Below are positions 54,001 through 64,000 of a DNA stretch of 64,000 nucleotides, piece by piece. Positions within the stretch are counted from its first letter, which is position 1. The number at the start of each line of letters is the position of its first letter. The position numbers and the translations under genes are program-made. Below the pieces are notes generated by a model that saw only the letters and a program-made list of their open reading frames with translations, did not search any database and had not been told where the DNA came from. Location of the stretch: NCBI GenBank assembly GCA_964035545.1, contig OZ037773.1, positions 5,795,751 through 5,859,750 on the forward strand, given 5' to 3'. This DNA comes from Bugula neritina (Eukaryota > Animalia > Bryozoa).

Positions 54001-57000
54001 GACTTTAAAAACTTCAGCCCGGACACATTAAAAATGGCTGATATTTGCTGTTACGGTGTACGATACGGTAAGTGTGAATAATACAGCAGCATTATAACTT
54101 GAGTTATGCGATGTTGCTGCTGTAGCAGATCAATTTATCACTTTGCTGCAACAACAGTTAGCTTTTACACTTCACCAGTGACCAGCGAGAAGTACCCTTC
54201 TATAGCTAAACTGGACCTAAGAGTACTGAACATATTTGGTTATACTTATAAATTTGAATGCATGTTTTCTAGCATGAACCATATAAAAATAGTAATATAG
54301 AACACGCTCACCAATGGGCATCTGCAAGATTTGCTTTGAGTAGCCACACATGAACCCATTACTAGCAGTGTCATTAGTGCTATTATGGCTAACAAAAGTG
54401 TTTTTCATACTTCTCACTAATTCCAGTACTATAAATGTACCCAATATATTAGTTGCTGCTTTCTTGCTTAGGAAACTATATACAACTTGTTAATAAATTA
54501 ATAAACTGCCGTACCTTTTGTATTCTGCATCTACAAGCTACATTCTGCAATTTATACTTACAGCCCAGGAAACTGGAAAAAAGCAATTTATATTTGCACT
54601 TAGTAATGCAGCATTGTAGGGGTAAGAGGGATCACAACAGTCATAGGGGTACAAAAAGCCGGCCAAATTGTGAGAGAACTTATTAACTTAGAGTTGTGAT
54701 TTTTTTCTAATAAAAAGGTAGGGACATAATTATTCAGCCATTGTAGTTTCAATACATACATGTTGAAGAGGCAAGTCAAAAACTGTTTTTACTTACTTTT
54801 TGTAAATTTTTGAAGATGTCATTAAGCTTTATAACTTTTTACACTGAAAGGTAACAAGCCTAGAGTTTACTGATATTGTTGCCATTGCTTGTCTCTACAT
54901 TGCTTAACTAGTAATTCAGCAAACTCTAAAATAAATTTTCTTTTAGCCACATTTATTTTCAACTTGGCCACACGGGCACAATGGGCCACCTGATCATTGC
55001 ACCCTGATCACTGTTATTAGTTTGTTTGCCCAAAGAGTTAGATGAAATGATACTAAAATCTATAGATATAGCCATTTCTGACCTTTTTGTAAAATATCAA
55101 AGGCATCATGGTAAGACTACCAAACTACAAGGTGAAGCTCTCTTAATATATACATCTGGTGAGGTTATAGCTTTGCCATTTTATACATCATACAAAACGC
55201 TCTGCTGTTGCTACTAATGGATTGTCATGATATTCATTATACATTATATCATTGAGAGAATATACATGTATTTGACTAAAATAAATTGCGATTTGCTCAT
55301 TTCCTCCCCCCTCTCCCTTCTGTACTCCCGTCACAAACCTCAGCCATGCACCTTAGTTACAGTTCATAGAAAAATAAGTCCACTCGGAATTTTGTAGTAC
55401 ATGTTACTGATGAAAGTTTCTGTGAAGTGGAAATAAAAAAAACATTTTTAGTTCTAAACAGTAATGATAATGGCACGTAGAAATGAGTGATGTGGGTTTG
55501 ATTTTGCCTCCCCCTGCTATCCGTGGTGGCACAAACTGTGCAGCTAAAACATGATTTTTGCTGTAGATCTGAAAGAATATCTTTATTTATTTGTAATATC
55601 AAATAAATAAAGGTCAGATGCAACCAAATCAGCAAAGTTTCAATATATTTGTTGTGTCCCACCCAGTGGTCCATTGTACCCTGGTACCAGGGCACAATGG
55701 GACATTTTTTTGACATGAAAATTTCCTTATTCTGAAAGTTGTGAGTGAGATATAAACAACCAACTAATACCTGTAATAGACAACTAGGGTAGCATTTAGA
55801 CTAGAGATTATTGAACTTTTAGCTTGAAAAACAGACAAATGAAAGCGAAAAATTCAAAATTCGGCCCGCTATGCCCCCCCCCCCCGTTACCCCTATACCT
55901 TAAATTTACAACGAACAAACCTGGCCCTTCTTACGCCTTAAATCTTGAGATCTGGCCCCATTTCGAAAAAATTTGCCAATCCCTGCCCTAGACCATGGCT
56001 TGTTAATTTACAAAGCATAGTGATAATAACACTGGGCTGTAAAACTCATTAAATGCATAACTGTTACTGAATACCAAGCTACTTTATAACTTTTGTTATC
56101 CTAGTGAAGTCCTTTTTATGTAGTGAAGGGCTGTATAATATATTTATTGAATATTAATTGAAGAGACAGTAATATAGCCACAGGTTTTGGTGACAAGTTT
56201 CTTTTTGAAACGATATTCAACACAAAATTGAGGCCACTATCTTTGTCTGCTAAAGTGGAGGAGGGGAGGGAGGGGGGGGGGTTGATTGCAATTAGTTGTG
56301 ATTTCTATCAGTATGTAGTTTCAATTTGTCAGACTTCAAATTTAAGTTTCACATTTACTAAATTGATAGCCCCTAACAAAATTCTATCATAATATTATAT
56401 GAGTGACATAATGTATCATATTTCATTTCACACCTACTTTATACTCTTTCACACTTACTGTATACTCTCTTGATCCTGTTCAAAGGTTTGCAAACATACA
56501 AGCCTCAAAGTTTAAGATCACTGTTGATAGGGCATCACGTTGGTTTTCTGATGCTCTTTATCACATGTTAGTGGTTTACACTCAAATATTATATCTTACA
56601 GGTTTGCAGGAGGAAACCTCTCGTCACAAAACAATTTCAAGGGATTTACCCTAGTGCCTTCACGTCTTTCAGAAATGTGTCCTTTGCTCTTCTACCCAAG
56701 ACTGGCTCAACAAACATCCTTAGAATGATTTGTATTACAGTTGGTCCAAAATGTACAAATATAACTGGGTATCCTGACGAATATCACTATGTACCCAGGT
56801 ATGTACAGTAGCTATAAATGGCTAATCTTACAACACGGCCATCTTTTTTTCATTCATGTTCATTAAATATTTACTATAACCTAGTATAATAATAAACATG
56901 TATTTGGAATAAAAAAATTGGCACAAGTTGACATGGCGTTTCATAACATTTAGGTTTTAGATTTTCACAAAGCTCAAGCTACACCTGGTCATTGGTGAAA

Positions 57001-58769
57001 GGCCCGTGAAACTAATGATCCTTTCACTTTCACTTTTTGATGTAGTCTTAAGGCCATAATTCTTTGCCTCTAACTTTTAGTGCTTCTAGAAATCATTATG
57101 TCCTAGTTCATTAAGAAAGAGTAGTGGATGTACACAATATATGAGTTGGCATGAGGTGATTTATCACTTAGGCGCAGTAGAGGAGAGATTGAGCTATCCA
57201 AAGCTTTTTAATTTTATTATTAAACTTTGGTTTGGGGCAAGAGTTGAAATTCTTGTGAGAACATAACTTCTTTTGCTACATTTTTTATATAGAACACAGG
57301 CTTTTCTCAATTTCTCGATTACTACACCTACTTCTGATTTATACACTTGGAAACTTTACAGTTTTTTAACTTATCGTTAAAACAATATTTTATGAAAAAT
57401 CATTTATTTTTATCAAGCATACAATATAGAGGTGTAATGTTATATTAAATAATTCAATAAATTGTGAAGTTTATAGCTCTGGCATCATTTTCTATAAATT
57501 ACATGTATATATTGAGCAGGTTTCTTCAAGGTGCAGGAAATCTAATCAAATACACCAAACAAGGGAGGAATCCAAAATTCATCTTTACATTTGTCCGAAA
57601 CCCATGGCAACGGTTGGTCAGCACGTATATAGAAAAGGTCTTATTCACTGACTCATACATTGCTATCTGCTCATGGAACAAAAATGAGAAGTTTAAAAAT
57701 CTTCATAAGTATGTAACATAGTTATATCAGTTGGCAAAGTCTATACCAATTTCTCAGCTAAATATTAAATTGATGTAATGCAAAGTTCAGCTTAGCTAGT
57801 GTAATGAATATGAATGAAGATAACAAATACTTCTTAGCTATGTGTATTCAGTGTTCTTTGCCCAAAGAAGTGAATACAACGTTGTTGATTGAGAGTATCT
57901 GGCACAATGAATTCCTTCTTTAAATATTTTTCAAAACAACAAATATTATCAGTCTAAGGAAAAACTGTACAACATTACTGTATAATATACTGAGCACATA
58001 TAGAAACTTTTTTTTATAATTATTTGGTTGTTTTAGATACTTAAAGAGATTATGTATTTGCTACATGTAAAATTTTATTTGCTGTATGAATAGAAACAAA
58101 GAAAGATGAAATATTAAATGAACAATAATAGAGTGGAAGCTACAAATACAATCAATTAAAGTAATTTGTTTCTAGAGAGATGAAAGCCAATAACCAGACA
58201 TTAACTTTCAAAGAGTTCCTAAGATACTGCGTGATAGAACAATACTTCAATGGAGGAGCTAAAAAGATGGAACCTCACTACAGACCTCAGATACTTTCTG
58301 GAGCTCTTTGTGAGATCAACTATAATTTCATAGGCAAGTGTAACCTTCTGGAAGCTTCTTTACTTACTTAATTGAGTTAAACTTTGCGAAAAGCTAACAC
58401 AAATCTGCCAGCTTTGTCAAACTTAAATTTTATATTTAGTTTTGTCACAACATTTAATGAACTTATATTAAATATATGCGTCAGTTGATTAGGGCATAGT
58501 TGTAATTAGATTTCAAAATATATTTTAAAGGACAAACCGAAACTTATGGTGAAGATATCAAAGTAGTATTAGAGCAGTTCCAAATATCTAATATTACGTG
58601 GTTAATGAAAGAAGCAAAGAAATATCGAAAACCGAATGAGAAAGCCCATCTTACATCTTCTACCTATCTTCAACGCTGGAAAACTGTAGACATTTGGATG
58701 ATAGATTTACTGAAGGAAATATATGCTGATGACTTTGAAATGTTTAATTATCCACTGAGTCCTTTCTGA
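51047..58769 (+). CDS. Carbohydrate sulfotransferase paralog B, ~340 aa
   Basis: Exons 51047-51146, 52933-52977, 53112-53206, 56602-56798, 57520-57708, 58176-58333, 58531-58769 (1023 nt, open). MGKKRNAFILLTGVSVVALILVKA anchor, PKTGST, FVRNPWQRLVSTY. Confidence 0.88.
51350..51520. repeat. Dispersed repeat, copy 1 (second copy ~57165-57333)
   Basis: Shared CACTTAGG..TTGGTTTGGGG..GTTGAAATTCTTG.GAGAACATAA.TTCTTTTGCTAC..CAGGCTTTTCT..ATTACT.CACCTACTT. Confidence 0.8.
52530..52612 (+). pseudogene. tRNA-Gly(GCC)-like degenerate sequence or SINE head
   Basis: A-box-like TAGCCCCAGTGG, GCTTGCCAC anticodon-like loop, B box GGTTCGAATCCC; stems do not close as a cloverleaf. Confidence 0.5.
53586..55985. 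mobile_element. Non-autonomous hAT (Buster/Charlie-type) element, 2400 bp
   Basis: Termini CAGGGATGGGCAAA / TTTGCCAATCCCTG, perfect 8-bp TSD CCCTAGAC (53578-53585, 55986-55993), subterminal GGCCC motifs, no transposase ORF seen. Confidence 0.92.
53790..54080. mobile_element. MITE with ~65-bp TIRs nested in the hAT element
   Basis: TATTCACACTTACCGTATCGTAC.CC.TAACAGCAAATAT.AGCCATTTTTA at the left end and its reverse complement ending at 54080; superfamily not assigned. Confidence 0.8.
57165..57333. repeat. Dispersed repeat, copy 2
   Basis: Same orientation as, and clearly similar to, 51350-51520. Confidence 0.8.
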
Positions 58770-60029
58770 CAAATGAAACTAATATTTCCTCTGTTTTCTT
58801 TACTGCAAATAGTAACTTGAAAAATAAAGAACGCGCAATATGGTGGCGGGCCTATGGACATTTCATGATGTACTTGTTAGGCATTGTCTTTGAGCGAATA
58901 ACATATCATGTTTTCTTAGCTTTTTATTTAATAATCCTAGTTTTAAGCCAGTACCTAGGATTTAAAGATGGTCCTTTACCCATGCAGTCATTTAGTTTTC
59001 TAGGTGAAATATATAGACTTGAAAAGCAAATATTTTCTACGTTGTGTTACGTGATAAATTGCAGAGTAAACAGCTTTGTTATAATGACAGCAGATTGATG
59101 CTGGAAAAATTGTCAAAGAGGAAGTTCTAATATAAGCTTATTTATTGATACAGTTTCACAAGATTTGGGCTGTATTTGAGTTATTAGTCCAGTACGCTAT
59201 AGTGTAGGCCTATAACATACTTCAATCACAATTTGCTTTGCAATATGTGTTCTATGCACTTATAGCAGTATCATATATTATTTTGTGTTAATATACTGTT
59301 GTGTAAAGAGAACAGTGTACTATTTATTCATGAAGCCTCACAAGATGATGTTTTTCTTTGTTTTACCATTTGCCTGCCATAAGTTACGCTTTACCTTGTG
59401 TCATGAATAACACATAGCTCAATGTCCCAATTTTTAGGTTTCATTCAAGCTACTTAAAATACCCTGGGCCAGAGTACCTCGCGTCATGCGTAACGTCTAA
59501 CATAACGTCTTAACTTTTAAACTTCATTCAAATTCTGAAGTTGGATAGCATGATCTCCGGAATATAGGTCTGCCATTTTCTTTTATAAAGTAATAAAAAC
59601 AAAATGTTTCTCATTTAGTTATTTTTAATAAAATAGGAATATATTTAGGTAATATAGCTTAGTATATTATATATTATGTTATATTATTACATTTATGTTC
59701 TATTTACTATAATGATTATAATATTACTATTACTTATTAGTATATACTTATAGTTATACTTATAGCATAGGTAATCACCCGTAACGTTATAAACATTATA
59801 CTTGCATAATATATATAATTATGTAATACATTAAGCTATATTGAAAGACAGTGACGGTATATTATAGTTGTTTAATCAGAAGCTATTGCTTATTGTCATA
59901 GCAGTAATAATTAGCCACATATGAGTTCAAAATCTGCTTTCAAATTGCTGTAGCTCACCAAAAAAATGTTAATCATGATGATTTAGCTTTACTATAGAAA
60001 TAGTTCACCAGGCATTAGAAAAATCTTCT

Positions 60030-62787
60030 ATGGGGCAGAAACTGAATGCTTTCGCTCTTCTGATTGTTGTGTCGGTGGTTGCTATAACTCTGGTAAAAGT
60101 GATGCTGGTATCTACCTCAGTATGGAAAGGTATGCAAGTTAATTTTATTACATCTAATTTAGTTGCACTTAATGAACTTGTTCATTAGTTTGTTTGTTTG
60201 TTTGTTTCTTTATTTCCATCAAAAAAAAAACAAAAGGACAAGAAAATACAAATATACAACAGTAACACAAAAAGAGCTTATCAACTGCCTCTCAGTCATA
60301 GTAAGAAGGATCGGCTGCTATAGGCGATGAGTCACATAGGCTACAGCAGAAACTGTGTGGGTATTTCATATAATATAGTGAACAAATTCTTACTAAGAAA
60401 CCAGAATGGATGGTGTTCTAACTTTCTGCAACCTTGCTATATTGATAAGAAGTTGCTGGGGAGTAACGATTTGCATAGTTGCATACTGTAATGTGATCTG
60501 TAACATTGTAATATAATCTAATATGTTATAGGGTGTATAAGGTGATGTAATACAATGTTATACATTAGAGATAGAACCTGCTGGCATTTCCTAGGTTTCT
60601 ATTTTTTATTGATCTGTTTGGGAGCAGTTGCATTGAACCACAACCATAAACAACGGAACCACCATGACAATGTCACGAAGGTACCTTGTAAACCACTCCA
60701 GAATAATCTTAAATTACATTTACAGTAGAACATCTCGATAGGAACTTGCTAATAGTGAAAAATAAGCATTCCTCCTTAGATACAGTATCTCAGCAGCTGG
60801 AAAGGCTTACAATTTTGAAAAATGTAAGTATGAGAAAACAATAAATATTTGAACACTGTAGGTTCATGTTATATCTGATTCATCTATTTCATGCTATCAG
60901 AAATAGCCCCTGGTGTTATTATAGCTACATACTGCATAAAAAAGCTGATATGGTAAGACAGCTCTACAATTTACACTTGCAGGGAATTTCTATTTACGAA
61001 ACATAGCAGTAGTTATACTACATGTGGGTGTTTTACTACTTGTTTAACCTGAAACTTTTTGCAGGTTTGCAAAGGGAAATCATTCATCAAAAAAAAGTTT
61101 CAAGGAATTTACTCCGCTGCCTGCATGTCTTTCAGAAACGTGTCCTTTGTTCTTTTACCCAAGACTGGCTCAACAAACATCCTTAGAATGATTTGTATTA
61201 TAGTTGGTCCAAAATGTACAAATATAACCGGCTATCCTGACGAATATCATTATGTACCCAGGTATATGCAAATATATAGAAAAAATTTTTTGATGCAGTC
61301 TGAAAAGCCACAATTATTTGTAGAACTTACTTTTGGTGCTTTTAGAAATCAATATGTTCCAGTTCATCAGAATAGATTTGTGTTCAACATATGAGTTTAT
61401 TGTGAAATAAATAATATATTTGGGCAGCTTCACACTATCTAACTTAGGTATTTCTAAAAGTGATATGAAAAATAATTTAATTTCTTTTAGTATAGCTTAA
61501 TGAGGTATACTGCCACATTTGCTTTATTGACTGTGATACCTATAATTAGGGCCTTCTTTCAGATAAACTACATGTATATATCTAACAGGTTTCTTCAAAG
61601 TGTAGGAAGCCTAACTAAATACACCAAACAGGGGAGTAACTCTATGAACCCAAAATTCATTTTCACATTTGTCCGAAACCCGTGGCGACGGTTGGTCAGC
61701 GCATATATAGACAAAGTTTTATTCACAAATTCCTACTTTAGCATCTGCTCATGGAACAAAAATGAGAAGTTTAAAAGTCTTCACAAGTATGTAACATAGT
61801 TATATCAGTTGGCAGAGTCTAAACCAATTTCTCAACTAAATATTTAATTGATGTGATGCAAAGTTAATTGATCAGCTTAGCTAGTGTAATAAATATGAAT
61901 AAATATAACAAATACTTCATAACTATATGTGTATTCAGTGTTCTTTATCCAAAAAATTAAATGCTACGTTATTAAATGAGATCTTCTGGCACAGGGACTT
62001 CTATGGTTCAATGTTCTCAAAACATCGAGTACTAGTATAAGGAAAACTGTACAACTGCGCTGTGTAATTATTTGTTAAACACATATGTAAAAAAAATTTA
62101 TTTGGGTATTTTACATACTCAAAAATATTATGTATTCGTTACGTATAATCATATTTATAAGTGTCAAACAAAGCCATTTATTTGTAGGGAAATAAAAGCA
62201 AATAACAGGACACTAACTTTTAAAGAGTTCCTAAGATACTGTGTGATAGAACAATACTTCAATGGAGGAGCTAAGAATATGCAACCTCACTACAGACCTC
62301 AGATACTTTCTGGAGCTCTTTGTGAGATCAACTATAATTTCATAGGCAAGTGTAACCTTCTGGAAGCTTGTTAATTCTTTTAGGTAATTGAATCAAACAC
62401 CATGAAAAACTAATATACATCTGCCAGCTTTGTCAACTTTATTTTAAATTGCATATCCAACTTTGTAGAGCATTTATTGAAATTATTAAATTGTATGTGT
62501 AGTTGATAAGGGGAAAGGTGTAGTCAGCTTTCAAAATATATTTTAAAGGAAAAACCGAAACTTATGATGAAGATATCAAAGTGGTATTAGAGCAGTTCCA
62601 AATATCTAATATTACGCGGTTAATGAAAGAAGCTGAAAAATATCGAAAACCGAATGAGAAAGCCAATCTTACATCTTCTACCTATCTTCAACACTGGAAA
62701 ACTGTAGACATTTGGATGATATATTTACTGAAGGAAATATATGCTGATGACATTCATATGTTCTATTATCCACTGAGTCCTTTTTAA
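60030..62787 (+). CDS. Carbohydrate sulfotransferase paralog C, ~328 aa
   Basis: Exons 60030-60129, 60729-60823 (NAGNAG alternative 60726), 61065-61261, 61589-61786, 62188-62345, 62549-62787 (987 nt, open). Anchor MGQKLNAFALLIVVSVVAITLVKV, PKTGST, FVRNPWRRLVSAYIDK. Confidence 0.88.
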
Positions 62788-64000
62788 ATGGTGGTTTATA
62801 TTTTATGGGTAACAATAAAATTTTCAACTTTAAGCACTGCATGAAGTGGAAATACAAAACTTCAAACATATTGCAACAATAGTGAAGGACTTCCAATATA
62901 ATTTTATTATTGCAATGCAAGACATATTCCACGAAAAAATATAAGATACAATAAACTTGCAATTATGAAAAAGTTTAAAAAACTTGAGAATATGATGCAA
63001 ATGATTCTAAAAGTTATACCATATTACCTGAAATGATGAAGTGAAGTCTAAAAATATTAAGGCAGTGTACAAAAAGATACCTATTGTAAATATCAGATCT
63101 ATATAATATATTATAGCAACATAGTAGTATAGCCAACTGGTAGCAGATAGCAGTATATCATCTATTACTTTTTAAGCTTCACTTTATGTGAATGAACTTT
63201 TTCATTCGATGCTTGAAAACAGTTGCAACGAATGAAACCATAACCACAATTTCATGCAAACCGAAACCATAAATTCAACTGAATGAGCATTCATTCCCAT
63301 AATTTGAAGCAATGGAAATGAAATGTTGCTAAAGTAATATAGCACATTGTAATATGTCAGTATATTACTATAAGAGTGCAACCGAAAGCATTAAAGTAGC
63401 ATATTCGACCATAATAAAGGTACAATATAATGGTATGGTCAGTAAAGCAACATGGCATTACATCACTATACTAGTAGTGTAGTATAGTATAGTAGTATAG
63501 AACGTCTTAAGGTGTGTCAATACTTTCATGACTTGCACCATAAAAGCTAGCAAGACTAAGCAAAATGGTATACTCCCTGCGCAAAGCACCTGATAGATAA
63601 AAATTCTCAAAAGAAATGAGTTTGGAAAATTTAGTTTTGTAGATTTACATCTCATAAAGTCAAGGCAACTCCTTGAATCGAAGGATAAAAATGTTATGTT
63701 GATATAAAAAATATTTCAATTCATCAACATGGGTATGATTTATGAAGGAGCTTGACCAAAAATTATAACATATGTAAACTGATACTCATAACCAGCAAAA
63801 AGTGTTTGTAAAAAACTATTAATATTAGTTAGAATGCATTTTCTACTTCCAAATCAACAACTCTGTTTTCCACTCTTGACCTTTCTGCAGCAAACACTAA
63901 AAGATGGCTGTACAGCGTCTCATCTGGTCCAGCTAAAATTTTACTTTGATCATTTGCCTTTATGGCATCTATAAATGTTTTAATGATATGAAAGTCTGCA

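Larger units (their letters stand above)
53382..56000 (-). mobile_element. SINE family A copy split by a hAT insertion (53382-53585 + 55986-56000)
   Basis: Flanked by the 14-bp direct repeat TGTTAATTTACAAA (53368-53381 and 56001-56014). Confidence 0.9.

Noticed and set aside
63220-63400. Repeated AACCGAAAC / GAAACC motifs resembling IRF sites
   Set aside because: No target gene in the window, and they resemble a low-complexity repeat fragment also seen near 60625-60680.

Overview
AT-rich, intron-containing animal (invertebrate-like) genomic DNA; nearly all ORF-track entries are exon fragments or noise. Reading splice sites by hand gives six + strand genes: RPA3 (547-2950, 4 exons, not represented in the ORF track), a complete DAAM formin (14363-37533, 24 coding exons including a candidate 21-nt microexon), a C-type-lectin-like + PAN/apple protein (39472-40808), and three tandem Golgi-type carbohydrate sulfotransferases (Sulfotransfer_2/CHST8-14-like; 42677-47505, 51047-58769, 60030-62787). 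The sulfotransferases share a GC-AG intron and show mosaic, gene-conversion-like similarity. Introns and intergenic DNA hold non-autonomous elements: a tRNA-Thr-headed SINE family (4 copies), two other tRNA-like heads, two Tc1/mariner-type MITEs, a three-level SINE > hAT > MITE nest and an ~810-bp foldback palindrome. I see no clearly new multi-gene system. The best leads are the DAAM microexon with neural-type splicing motifs, tandem repeats that begin at 5' splice sites, and the lectin + sulfotransferase cluster. All coordinates and homologies were read by eye, without searches.
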